In this document: in pieces, positions 1 through 13,178 of the stretch
Position numbering within the stretch: the first letter of the stretch is position 1
How the letters are laid out: every line of letters starts with the position of its first letter
NCBI GenBank assembly: GCA_964016885.1
Contig: OZ024741.1
Coordinates: forward strand, 165,230,001 to 165,294,000
DNA from: Eledone cirrhosa
Taxonomy: Eukaryota
Direction: 5' to 3'
Length of the DNA stretch: 64,000 bases
The notes under the pieces: model-generated
Database searches by the model: none
What the model was told of the DNA's origin: nothing
Seen by the model: only the letters and a program-made list of their open reading frames with translations
Translations under genes and position numbers: made by a program

Positions 1-1656
1 CTTTTCATAGTACGACAACTACAGGAGAAGTTCCTAGCTAAAGGTAAACCCCTCTACTTAGCTTTTGTCGACTTGGAGAAAGCCTTCGACAGAGTCCCCC
101 GCTCCATTATCTGGTGGGCTCTTAGAAAACTAGGCGTTGACGAATGGCTTGTGAGGGCTATACAAGCCATGTATAAAGAAACAGTCAGCAAGGTTAGAAT
201 TAACAACGAATATAGTGAAGAGTTTAGCGTAAAAGTTGGCGTCCATCAGGGCTCTGTTCTCAGCCCCCTACTATTCATTATTGCCCTTCAGGCTATAACA
301 GAGGAGTTCAAGACAGGCTGCCCATGGGAACTCCTATACGCAGACGACCTGACACTCATAGCGGAATCAATGGCCGAGCTAGAGAAGAAATTCCAAACAT
401 GGAAGCACGGCCTAGAGTCAAAAGGACTTAAAATTAACCTGGCTAAGACCAAAGTTCTAGTTTGTAGGAAAGAAAACAAGGCGGCGGTCCCTTCTGGGAA
501 ATGGTTGTGCTCGGTGTGTAGGAAAGGCGTAGGTAGAAACTCCATTTTATGTCCTAAATGCAAAGTATGGGTGCATAAAAGATGTAGTGGGATCACAGGT
601 AAGCTAACTAAGAACATAGATTTTACATGTGGCCGGTGTTCTTTGTGCAATAAGTAGCAGCAAGTGCCCACAAAATACTAGCTCTTTCAATTGCGCAGAG
701 GGTTCTATAGAAATAGTGGACAGCTTCCGTTACCTGGGCGATAAAATCAGCAGTGGGGGAGGGTGCTCTGAAAGTACTGTAGCTAGAGTCAGAACTGGTT
801 GGAAAAAGTTCAGAGAGCTTATACCACTATTAGCTGCTAAAGGGTTCTCCCTAAAAATGAAAGGCAGGTTGTACGATGCCTGCATACGAACAGCAATGTT
901 GCATGGCAGTGAGACCTGGGCATTGTGTGCAGAGGATATACGCAGACTAGAGAGGAACGAAGCTTGCATGCTCCGCTGGATGTGTAACAGTAATATACGT
1001 GAACGGCAAAGCATAAACGAACTAAGGAAAAAATTAGAGATAAGAGGGATCAGATGTTGTTTACTCGAGAGAAGGCTACGTTGGTATGGACACGTGATGC
1101 GCATGAAAGTCGATAGCTGTATAACAAAGTGCAGGGCAATAAAGATAGACGGTAGTCACGGAATAGGCAGACCTAGAAAAACCTGGGACGAGCTGATAAA
1201 CTCCGACCTCACACACTTACACCTCTCCAAGACAATGTCACTGGACCGAGACCTTTGGCGGTACTCAGTAACAGAGAAGACCCGCCTTGCCAGTAGGCAT
1301 CTCTAACAAAATACACCCCGTCCCGCCACCACCCCCACCCCATCCACACCACCCCGTTCTATGTAAAGTTATGTTGGTGCCGCGCCATCCAGGCCGAAAC
1401 AAATGAGATCGTGTAGGTGTCACGACAAAAAAAACACACAGTCCACGCTGTAATGTGGCTGTGTAGGCAACACGGTAAAAACCTCCCAGACCCACACTGT
1501 AAATGTGGTTGGTGTTAGGAAGGGCATCCAACTGTAGAAAACCTGCCAGACAGTCCTATGCGAGCAAGACAATCACTCTTGCCTCAAGTGGGACTACCCC
1601 CGTCCAAACCCATGCAAGCGTGGAACACGGACGTTAAACGTTGATGATGATGATGA
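1..1656 (+). mobile_element. RTE-clade LINE, family A, 3' portion (RT, thumb, 3'UTR, (GAT)n tail); frameshifted
   Basis: FVDLEKAFD, GVHQGSVLSP, LLYADD, YLG, LHGSETW and RRLRWYGH motifs in ORFs 73-657 and 629-1306; terminal stem-loop, then GAT repeats running into (TA)n. Confidence 0.95.
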
Positions 1657-1677
1657 TATATATATATATATACATAC

Positions 1678-1714
<37 letters not shown>

Positions 1715-1955
1715 CATTTCCACAAACCAAAGTATCTTCTTCCTGTCTTCCTCCGGTTGCAAGGTTTTTTGAAATATTCACTTCTGCGTTCACAGATTGA
1801 CTTTGTTAGTTTCAGAAGATCCCGTTAAGGGCTTCTTTACTTAAACTTTAATCTGTTATTTTAATAAATATTTGCTCTACGGTTCTTATATTTGATATAT
1901 ATTTATCCTTATTGAGCCCTCTTTGGATTTTAGTCTTCAAATTTATTATTATTAC

Positions 1956-1956
1956 T

Positions 1957-2027
<71 letters not shown>

Positions 2028-2336
2028 TATACATACATATAAATATATATATATACATATATATACATGCATATAAATATATATATATACATACATATAC
2101 ATACATACATATATATACATATATATATATACATGCATATACATATATATACATATATATATATATACATGCATATACATATATATATATATACATACAT
2201 ACATACATGCATATACACATATATATATATACATACATACATGCATATACACATATATATATATACATACATACATGCATATACATATATATATATACAT
2301 ATATATACATGCATATACATATATATATATATATAC

Positions 2337-2370
<34 letters not shown>

Positions 2371-2567
2371 ATATACATACATATATATATATATATACAT
2401 ACATATATATATATATATACATACATACATACATATATATATACATACATACATATATATACAAACATACATATATATATATATACATACATATATATAT
2501 ATATACATACATACATACATATACATATATATATACATACATACATACATACATATACATATATACA

Positions 2568-2599
<32 letters not shown>

Positions 2600-2606
2600 C
2601 ATATAT

Positions 2607-2637
<31 letters not shown>

Positions 2638-2731
2638 CATAGACATATATATCTACACACACATATATATACATACACACACACATATATATACACACAT
2701 CCACATACATACACACACACACATACATACA

Positions 2732-2782
<51 letters not shown>
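1956..2782. repeat. Compound (TA)n/(TACA)n microsatellite of about 830 bp; many shorter tracts window-wide
   Basis: Directly visible. Confidence 0.98.
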
Positions 2783-2971
2783 GAAAAAGTATGACCCCGA
2801 CGGCAGAGCTCAAGCCGTTTCGACGGCTATTTCTGGACTGAAATAGCCGTCGAAATGGCTTGAGATCTGCCGTCGGGGTCATACTTTTTCCTATTACCCA
2901 CTCTACTACTCTAAGTATTGAGTACTCTGGTGCGTTATGGTCCATCTGGTTCCTTTCACATTTCCTTCATT
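2783..2971 (+). mobile_element. Fold-back palindrome plus 80-nt tail element in (TA)n; copies at 48685-48894 (+), 55981-56102 (-) and, diverged, 29735-29905 (-)
   Basis: Near-perfect inverted repeat 2783-2890; shared tail TTACCCACTCTACTA..TAAGTATTGAGTACT..GGTGCGTTATGGTCCA. Confidence 0.85.
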
Positions 2972-3113
2972 ATATATATATATATATATATATATACATA
3001 CGTATACATATATATACATACGTATACATACATACATATACATATATATACATATACATATATATACATACATATACATATATATACATATAAATACATA
3101 TATATACATATAA

Positions 3114-3158
<45 letters not shown>

Positions 3159-3202
3159 TCTATATATATATATATTTGGAAACTCTGCTTCGAAAAAATC
3201 GG

Positions 3203-3297
3203 GACGTATCTGAGGATCTTGCGATTTCAGAGTCAGGTTCGATCATTACATTGATCATGCCTCGAGGTGGTCGCCAGAGAAACGATCGAAATATGTC
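3203..3297 (+). ncRNA. Hammerhead ribozyme with one inactivating substitution
   Basis: GACGUAU-CUGAGGA-UCUUGCGA...UCGCCAGA-GAAAC-GAUC-GAA-AUAUGUC; 7-bp stem I and palindromic stem III, but the cleavage triplet is GAA rather than GUH (position 3289); AATAAA at 3299. Confidence 0.7.
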
Positions 3298-3341
3298 TAA
3301 TAAATTTTAATTCATCGCACCACTGATTCTCCGTATCTTAT

Positions 3342-3378
<37 letters not shown>

Positions 3379-3506
3379 CGTTTCTGAATTTGTTTAGCAC
3401 TGAAGAGGTCACAGAGTGTGTGACGAAAGAACTATGACAATATATAAACAACTATCTGGTTGTTGAACCAACAAACCAACCAACCAGAAATTTATAAATT
3501 TATAAA

Positions 3507-4166
3507 TCTATATATATAAAGCTGTGGTTGTCTGTCTGTCTATCGACTTTTGGCACACATCTCCTCTTAGAATCTCTGACGGAATTGCACCGAAATTGCT
3601 ATACTTGTACATTGAGCCCTAGCGAAGACATCGGAAAGAAAATATTTCAAATTGACCCAGCCTATGTGACGAAATCGAATCTAATGTATCGATTTTTGAG
3701 CGTAAGTGACGAGTTATTTCCCTTTGTTCTGTTTACATTGAGCGTCTTATGTTCTGTTTACATTTTCTGCGTGCAAAAATTAAAAAAATTACGCTGGCTT
3801 TCTCAGCGTTTAAAATGACATTAACACAATACACGAACAGTTGTCGAGCCAGCAAAATTTTGAACTGCAAAATTCATCAGTTCGAACACTAAGATTCCGT
3901 TTTGCTTCATTTCCATTTAAAAGCCTTTTAAAACAATATTTTTACTTGAAAACAAGTCTATTTAAAGACTACGTAAAACAAGCAAATATTTCGTAAAAAA
4001 AAGCAAAAATTATATAAGTTTATTTAAAATATATGTATCTGTAAATTTCGTTAGGCGTGCAGACAGACAGTCGTGCAGACAGACTTTAAGCCAAAAAAGA
4101 AACTTAACATTGTAACTTTAACACAGCTACTGAGCGACCCCGAGCAATGCCGGGCTTTACTGCTAG
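3507..4166 (+). mobile_element. Complete non-autonomous Helitron
   Basis: A|TC 5' end (TCTATATATATAAAG, then TCTG repeats), subterminal hairpin CCCG..CGGG and CTAG|T 3' end; no TSD. Confidence 0.85.
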
Positions 4167-4255
4167 TTTATTATAAATTTATTATAATAAATTGAAGTGA
4201 AAGCAACTGGTGCGTGTGTTTCTTATTGACAACATGACCCTCCCAAAGTATAACA

Positions 4256-4303
<48 letters not shown>

Positions 4304-4388
4304 ATATATATACAGGGTGTACCAAAAGTGTATACACATTCTAATAAATATTGCCTATACAGTTGTATACATTTTGGGGGGATACCCG

Positions 4389-4424
<36 letters not shown>

Positions 4425-4653
4425 GCTGGATATGTCTGCTGGATGCATGAGCAAAAGGATGTGTGTTTTGTTTTTTCCTGCCGGTAACATATCACAAAAT
4501 CGAATTTCAATTGAGAATACTGTTCTCATAACAGCAACAGATGCCTGAATCACATCTTGATTGCATGGGAGAACCGTTGAAATAATTATAATAAATAATT
4601 ATAATGAATAAACGATTTATGTCACATCAGCATCTTTATTAATGTTATTATTA

Positions 4654-5120
4654 TCTATATATATAAAGTTCTAGTTCCTGTCTGTTTGTTTGTTTGTTTG
4701 TTTGTTCACAAACTCCTCCTATAGTTTTGGAGATAGACCCCCATAACCATATATATTCTGAAACTACGTTGCCCAGGGTACTTGGATAAGTATATTTGAT
4801 TTTAATCAAAGGGCTCCCCAGGGGCACAAACCCCCGCTGAAAATTGTTTCCCTTCGATTTATATGAAATATAAACCATAGATAAATGTCAAGATATGATG
4901 CCTATTCACAAAAGTTTTGAATTGATATTTTGAAAAAAATGATTTACAAGTAACAAAATAAGAATAATGTAATTTTGATTTGATATATTACAAAAAATAA
5001 TGTTTTCCAATTTTTCATGCATTACATTTTAGGTTGAGTAATATTGAAATGCAGAGTTTTTCTCCATAAATTATATACCTGATATAAAATCAATCATCAT
5101 TTTCTTACAAAAAAAATATA
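4654..5120 (+). mobile_element. Non-autonomous Helitron-like element, 5' part; second copy about 17497-17975
   Basis: TCTATATATATAAAG start plus (TTTG)n; about 250 bp near-identical to 17497-17740; the tail TCATTTTCTTACAAAAAAAAT is also shared. Confidence 0.7.
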
Positions 5121-6313
5121 CTTTCACTGTTAGCAAGGTTTGGATGGCTCTATACAGACCAAGGCAGTACTACAGTGAGGCTCCAGACCTCTCAAGCTGG
5201 ATGAGGGGTCTGTAACCAGCTTACGTATGGTCATATTGAGTGAAGAGAAGAAGTTGTGTCTTTTGAAACAAATTGAAGGGTCCTCCTAACCTATAAATTG
5301 GCAAACTTTCTGTGGCCCATCCTAACACCAACCACTTTACAGCATGTACTAGGTGCATTTATTGTGTAGATCAACAACAGTACGGAGGTTGTCATATTCT
5401 TGACACAACTAAAGGGTGCTTGTTGAAATGTCACCAGCACAACCACATTACAGGGTGGACCTCATGTATCTAGCACGACCACTCAACAGGGCAGTCTGGG
5501 TACTTTTCCTTGCATCACCAGCATGACCTCTATACAGGGTGGAGTAGGGGTCTCTTGCCATGTCACCAGCTCATTCATTTTATAAGGTGCATTTGGAGCT
5601 GCCTCTTGTCATGTTACCAATACAACCATCTTACAGGATAGACTGGGGCTTTTCATGTTGTGGCACCAGATCACCATACAGGGTGAACAAATTGATTTTT
5701 GTCATAGCAGCAGCATTATTGGGGGGGGGGGGATTTGGAGCATGACCCGCTTTCCATGTGTGTATGCATGAATTGAGCATGACAAGAGAGAGAGAGCTCA
5801 GGAATGTGGAGGGTGGAAAGAGGAGAAAGTTTGCAAGTTGGACATGGATAAAGTGAGTAGGATATATAGTTGGTGATGGTAAAGGTATTTAGATAGTGAA
5901 GGGTGAATGGGGGAATGGTAGGGAACACTTGTTGGAGGCTAGTGTCCTGAATATGTGTCATTCTGTACATATGAGATGGGGGATTTTCTGCAGGACAGCA
6001 TAATGCCAGAGACCTTGATTATGTGTCAGCACCTTTGAGAGGTTTAAATGTGCAAGGTCAGCTTTTATCATTTCATCTCAAGCTTTCCTAGGTCTTCCTC
6101 TTCCATAGCTTCCATCAACTGTGGGTTACTATACTCAAGAGATCATAAGCCAACAAATAAATACATACATGCCAGCATGGAGAAAGCAGTCTTTAAATAA
6201 TGATAATTCAATCTAATATCTAGTAATATAAATCATCTCTACAGATTAACAATATGTAATATGCATTGAGTACTCATTTAAATTTGGACTTTCTAGTTTT
6301 TGAATTGAGAAAA

Positions 6314-6355
<42 letters not shown>

Positions 6356-6682
6356 TTCGCGAAAGACGCGTTCCGAGTTGGCCGACAGACAACCTTTTCC
6401 CCCACCCCGGAAAAAACCCCAGTTGATGGATGTGAATCCGAAATATATAGGGACTATTAAATCTCTCCCAAGGTAACTCTCTCTCTTGTGTTGTTATTAT
6501 TTTTATTCTTTTACTCTTCCCTTCATTCTACACATCTCACACATCTTATACACACCACGCATCTCAACGTACACCCACTTACATATCTCTCTCTCCACCA
6601 CCGGACCTTGTTACCGGGAGATTTACCCATTTGCATTGTCGAGGCTTCCAAACGACTTATAAATATATATATATATACATAA

Positions 6683-6718
<36 letters not shown>

Positions 6719-7077
6719 GGGGGGGAGATATATATAAATATAAATATGTAGATATATATATAAATATATATATATAAATATATGTGTGTGTGTGCATATA
6801 CACAGCTACATACATGCATACAAACACATACTTACTTTTACATGTTTATTTAGTACATGTTTTACATTTATATATCTCTATTACCAATAAGGTGTATGTG
6901 TATATTTATACACATGTGAATGTATATGTGAAAATATGTATGTGTATATGTATGTATGCTCTAAATGCAATGTATGTATATATATATATATATATACATG
7001 TTTATCCGCGTATTGTGTTGTAAAAAATAATGATTTATAATGCTATATGTTATTGTTGATCTTTTAGCAAATAAATC

Positions 7078-7343
7078 ATGGTCATCACCACCACCATCAT
7101 CATCATCACCACCATCATGATCGCCATCATCGCCACAACAACCAGCATCACCAACATCATCACCACAACAACCACCAACACCAACATCACCATCACCACC
7201 ATCATCATCACAACAACCAGCATCACCAACATCATCACGATCACAATCATCACCATCATCATCATCATCACAACAACAACAACCATCACCCCTCCCTCCA
7301 ACAGCATCATTATACACCACCACCACCACCACCACCACCATCA
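7078..7343. repeat. (CAC/CAT)n trinucleotide tract; complementary (GTG/ATG)n tract at 8850-9210
   Basis: Directly visible. Confidence 0.95.
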
Positions 7344-7456
7344 TGAATGTATTTTATCTACTGCACGTTTCATTATTACAAAAGAAAGAAATTATTATCA
7401 TTGTTACTATTCCTGATCCTATTATCATAATTATAATAATAGAAATATTGATTATT

Positions 7457-7660
7457 GTGGATTGGCAGTATCGGTAGAGGGTCGGATGTCATGCTTTGCA
7501 GCATAAAGTTACGGCCCTTTATGATCTGAGGTCAAATCCCGCCGAGGTTAACTTTGCCTTTCATCCTTACGGTGTCGATAAAATAAAGTACCAGTCACGC
7601 ACTGGGGTTGATTTAATCGACTTTTCCCCACCCCCAAAATTGCTGGCCTTGTGCCTATAT
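7457..7660 (+). mobile_element. SINE family 1 copy; others nearby at 8652-8842 (-) and 9444-9630 (+)
   Basis: Same head and central motif as 30264-30450. Confidence 0.88.
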
Positions 7661-7883
7661 TAACCCTTTAATGTTCAAACCGGCCAAAACCGGCCAGAAT
7701 TCTACCTTTTTCTGTTGAAACTGGCTGTAACTGGTCACTCAAACTGATGTTAAGGTATTGGTCTCAAAATAAATACTTTCAAAATCTCAGATTCGATATT
7801 ATGTGAAATAATTATGCGAGGTAAAGCCTTTACCATGAAAATATAATAGTATATATAGAGTAATGTGAATGCTAAAGGGTTAA
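7660..7883. mobile_element. piggyBac-type MITE; related copies at 27357-28251, 46423-46636, 57341-57565, 57968-58159 and 59480-59703
   Basis: TTAA|CCCTTTA...TAAAGGG|TTAA termini; shared internal sequence (GATTCGATATTATGT, GTAATGTGAATGC) in most copies. Confidence 0.8.
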
Positions 7884-7889
7884 ACCACT

Positions 7890-7916
7890 ATTATTATTAG
7901 TAGTAGTGGTAGTAGC

Positions 7917-7953
<37 letters not shown>

Positions 7954-8026
7954 TTGGAAAAAGAAGAACGATGAAAGAAGAAAGAAGAGAAAGAAAAAGA
8001 AGACAAAGAAAGAAGAATGAAGAATG

Positions 8027-8057
<31 letters not shown>

Positions 8058-8061
8058 AGGA

Positions 8062-8109
<48 letters not shown>

Positions 8110-8123
8110 AGAAGAAGAAGAAG

Positions 8124-8158
<35 letters not shown>

Positions 8159-8240
8159 AAGAAGAAAGAAAAAGATTAAGTAGAGAAAGAACAACAAAAA
8201 AAAAGAAGAAAAGAAAAAGAAGACGAAAAAGAAGACGAAG
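7890..8240. repeat. (TAG)n followed by a purine-rich (AAAG)n/(AAG)n tract
   Basis: Directly visible. Confidence 0.95.
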
Positions 8241-9209
8241 TAGTATACATATTTATACAAAAGTAATCTTACAGAACTAGAAGACTAAAAGCAACAACAA
8301 ACTTCAGAAAATGTTGAATCTTAAAATAATCTAACACATATATATATATATATATATATATCTGTGTATGTGTATGTATATGTCATATATATGTATACAT
8401 ACACACACCAGTAATAATGAAGCTAAAAGAGATGTTTGAAAATTTAAGGGGCCAGTTAGTTAGAAAATAAAGGGGTGCGGACATGAGGAATGTGATTCCA
8501 AATGGAGATAACAATAAGGTAGAAATAGTAAGAAGCATGGTAAGAAATGGTCACAAAAGAAAACACAATACACAATTGCAAAGATTTCATCTTGAAATCT
8601 ATTTTCAATAAAGTACATGGTTTCTATAAAAATGTTTAATGGAGCAGTAATAATTGTTTCTACTTTAGGCACAAGGCCAGCAATTACCCAGTGCATTACT
8701 GGTACTTTATTTTATCGACCCCCGTAAGGATGAAAGGCAAAGTTAACCTCGGCGGGATTTGAACTCAGAATGGCAAGGGCAGTAACTCTATGCTTCAAAG
8801 CATGGCGTCCGACCCTCTACCGATACTGCCAATCCACCGCCCAAGAGCATTAATAATAATGGTAATGATGGTGATGATGATGATGGTGATGATAGTGGTG
8901 GTGGTGATGATGATAATGATGATGGTGGTGGTGATGTTGGTGGTTGTGGTGGTAGTGGTGATGATGTTGGTGGTAGTGGTGGTCGTGGTGATGATGATGG
9001 TGGTTGTGGTTGTGGTGGTGGTGATGATGGTGGTGATGGCGATGATGTCGGTGGTGTTGGTGATGATTATGATGATGATCGTGATGATCATGTTGATGAT
9101 AATAACAATGATGGTGGTGGTGGTGGCGGTGATAATGATGGCGTTGATGGTGCTGATGGTGGTGGTGGTGATGATACTGGTGGTGGTGATTGTGATGGTG
9201 GTGGTGATG

Positions 9210-9255
<46 letters not shown>

Positions 9256-9633
9256 AAGTATCAGCAGCAGCAATAATAATAAAATGTGAAATAATATAAA
9301 ATTAGAGAGAAAAAAATACTCTCAAACAACCAATGACAGAAGAGGAATAATGAAAGATGAAAGAGACAATTATATATACGTTTATATACAGATGTTACTG
9401 GAATCAGAATTGTTTCAACATCATTATTGTGTATATATATAGGGAGGTGGGTTGGTAGTATCGGTAGAGGGTCGGACGCCATGTTTCCAGCATAGAGTTA
9501 CTTCCCTTTTCGGTCTGTGTTCAAATCCCACTGAGGTTAACTTTGCCTTTCATCTTTACAGGGTCGATAAAATAAAATACCAGTAATGTACTGGAGTAAT
9601 TGCTGGCCTTGTGCCAAAAGTAGAAACAATTAT

Positions 9634-9687
<54 letters not shown>

Positions 9688-11198
9688 TCATCATCATCAC
9701 GTTTAACATCCATTTTTCCATGCTAGCATATGTTAGGCGAGTTGTCCAGATGTGAGCCAAGCCAGAGCAGATGACCATCTCCAGTTCACACTAGACTGGT
9801 CTTGGCTTGGTTTCTACAGCTGGCTTCCCTTCTTATCACCAACCACATTTACAGTGTGTACTGGTTGCCTTTTGTCATGACACCAAAATGACCACTCTAC
9901 AATGTGGGCTGGGTGCTTTTTGTCTTGGCACCAAAATTACCAAATTACCTATGTATGTATATGTTCTCTCCAGGTAATTGCAGGGGCAGGGAATCAGTCA
10001 GTATTTAAGTGGAAAATAGGGCAGTGTATGTATGCATGCATGTTTGTATACTATATTTACACACATGCACACACCAAAATGCTCACACACATATATGTCT
10101 ACTTTATTATGGTTGATCCGAAGTAATAGGCAATTGAATCACCTTTAATAATAAACTATTAATCTCTACTATGGTATTGAGTATTCCTTCTTGTGTTCAC
10201 TGATACTAAACACACACAAGCCCACACACACATATTCCTTTAAGGAGTTTCAGCAATGTATCTAAAGAGTCAAGAGACACGGCAACATTCCAGAGTAACA
10301 AGATTCAAAATTGGCCTTAGTAAAGAAAATACTAATCTCTATCATGGTATTGAGTACATATTCTCACAATCGTCAATACTAAATGTGTGTGTGTGTATAT
10401 ATAAAATTAGTTACAACAGTGACATGTACAAGTACTTCAGTTTTGTTAGGTTATACACCTCAACTAATTCAGCCTGTTATATAAAAAGAAAATGACTACC
10501 GCTACAGTTTGATTGGAGGTTTTTAGAAAACACGTGAGAGCTTATCAAGGGCAGGTAATTTTGAATTCACAAAACGTTTAGATAATGTAAAGGGTGCTAA
10601 CTGTGAAAAAACCATAAATCAAATTCCTTGAAATTCAAATTTTCTCAGAAGGAATTTCGCTTTGTGTAGCGACTAAAGCAGTCAAGGCAGTATTTATCTG
10701 AATATATATATACAATAATGATCAAAATGTGAAGGCAAGATTTTGATAATTCATTTTATTATGTAATTCACCATTATCATATTACTGTGGTGTTATCACA
10801 TAATGATACCAAAATGCTTCTTCAGACAGCAGCTTTGATAATAGATTTATTGTGTAATATATGGGGACAGGTTTTTGATAGAGCAACATCGAATACAAGT
10901 TTATCCTGTTATCAATAACCTGCATTGCATTAGAATTATATTACATAAATATCTCGCAACATTATGGAATTAATAACACTGCAAAGATATGTATTATAGC
11001 GATTTATGTAATAAAATGAAATTATGGAAATCTAGCCATCACATTTTTCTCATTACTGTACGTATACGCCATCATGAACTGCTACATCGAAATTGGGAGG
11101 TTAAATATGATGCTGAGTGTTTGATCTTAATTACATCATTGTTTATTGATTGGAATGTTCCAAATGTAACCCCAGTGAGTCAACAGTATATAACACAA

Positions 11199-11234
<36 letters not shown>

Positions 11235-11303
11235 ATATATATATATATATGTGTGCATATATATGAGTATATGTATGTGTATCTATATATATATGTGTGT
11301 GTC

Positions 11304-11336
<33 letters not shown>

Positions 11337-13056
11337 ATATAATATATATATGTGTGTTTGTATATATATATACATGTGTGTGTGTGTGTGTATAATTTAA
11401 AGAGAGAGGTAAATACACAGAGATGAACATGAAATCATAGATATATAGAGAGTGGGGGGGGGGGGAGAATAAAAGTAGAGAAAGAAAATTGAGGTGTTTA
11501 GAATGAGAAATCATGCCCTAAGTAAGTATTATTTATTTCATTCATCTATTTATTTTGAACATCCATGGAGAGCAGGTAAGCCATGACAGACTGAGAAAGG
11601 AATCTAATATCCATCATAATTAATAACCAAAAACGAGAGAGAGAGAGAGAGAGAGAAAAAGAGAGAAAAAACGAATAAAGAAGGGGGGGGGGGGTAAACA
11701 AGCAAAAATAAGAAAAAGGTGGAAAACAAAGATATCTATAAAACAGTTAAATGATTCTGTAGTTGATTTTTTTCATAGCTTTGATGTCTGGAAGTATAGC
11801 TGATTGCACTAACATATAAAACAAACCAAAGGTGAACAGAAGTATACAATAATGAAAGTATTTAAAAAAAAGATTGAAATTACAAAAACAGGATGTGGGT
11901 GGGGAAGAGATTAAGGGGGAGAAAAAAAATTAAATAATAAAAAAAAAAGGGAAGGCGGCAAACACAATAAACTTGACTGGGCAGTATGTCTCAATTGCAT
12001 ACCTCAGATAAGATGGCAAAAACAATGTTGCAGAGAATAGTCAATGACACCAGCTGCATCAGCCATTCCAATCCTGTGGTTCTTTCTGATATTGCAGAGG
12101 AAAGCAGCAGTCTAGAGACTGATGACACTGAAAACTTCAATGGCAGCTGACACAAAATTGAAACAATCAGTGAATGTGTGGTATTTAGTCATCTTCCACA
12201 CCTGTGTGACAGTGCAGGGATTGAGGACACTAGAGGTTTGATAGCCACTGGCACAAAAAGGAAATGGTCGGTAAAATCTCAGCATTTTGTTATCTTTCAC
12301 TCTTCTGTATCTTTTATCTATTTTGTGCCACCACATGACATATGCCGCTGTGACGGTGCTTTAAGGTCATATGGCATAATGCCCAGTTCAGTTGTGCGTC
12401 CACTTAACCTGTTGACTGCTGCATATATTTTACATGGCAGTTGCTGTGCTTGGTTCTTTTTCAGTAAAATGACTATTTTTTTTTTTTTACATTTATTAAC
12501 AACACACATCTGAATGATTGACAAACGTCACATCAATAAGTTAGTAACCCCATCTAGCTTTGAAGTTATGAACTGTTGAAAATGAGTTCAAACATGTTAG
12601 GATGAGTTATCTCGTCTGTGGCACTGGAATGCATGCCTGTTAGGAGGAGTTCTATCGTATACAGCACTGAAGAGGTTAATGAAAACAACAGATGTATTTT
12701 TATAACAATTTCTAATCACTGTATAATGTTTTATTGTAAAAAATTCAAATGTCTTTTGTGGTTATGAAAACAGAGAAGAATGGCAGGGGTGGGGGAGAGA
12801 GTGATGGGCTCTGGGCCTAGGGTGCGACGGTATTGGGGCTGCACCCTGCGGACAAGACCACAAAAGCATTCTTGCAGAAAATGGTCTGCAACAGCCACCG
12901 CACCTTGCGAGGCTTACTTCTCAGATGGATTGGAATTCAGGAGACAGAAGACAGCAATATTTTAACACAGACATCTTGTGAATCTAAAAAAAAGATGTGT
13001 TGCAACAAAAACAATAAGAACAACAACAATAACATAGAAATGTCTTGTCAACTCAC

Positions 13057-13178
13057 GTTTAATAAGGCATGGAGTTTTGTGTCTTGAAGCACCGATTCTA
13101 GAAAATCTTTATCTGCTTCAGCACATTCTGTCAAACATTGGATTTCTTCTAGGCTGTCCAGCACCTGTGATACTGCCG
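13057..13178 (-). CDS. CASK: Internal coding exon of CASK/LIN-2 (first L27 domain), phase 1 to phase 0
   Basis: Translates (A)[40 protein letters not shown], closely matching the recalled vertebrate CASK L27N segment [40 protein letters not shown]. Acceptor ...TACTTTACAG ends at 13179; donor GTGAGT starts at 13056. Neighbouring CASK exons were not found in the window. Confidence 0.88.

Noticed and set aside
288-1104. Antisense ORFs over the RTE LINEs, recurring in each copy
   Set aside because: Shadow frames of the LINE ORF; recurrence reflects copy similarity.
1848-3310. Long YI/MYV/HT-rich ORFs, also at 11000-11500, 14000-15700, 38100-38400 and 48500-48800
   Set aside because: Translations of (TA)n/(CA)n microsatellites that lack stops by composition.
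6961-9299. Poly-V/M/D/T and K/R/E-rich ORFs
   Set aside because: Trinucleotide and purine microsatellites; no splice or domain support.
12119-12700. CTGATGA..GAAA at 12119 and CTGAAGA..GAAA at 12667 as hammerheads
   Set aside because: No closable stems I, II or III; expected chance matches.
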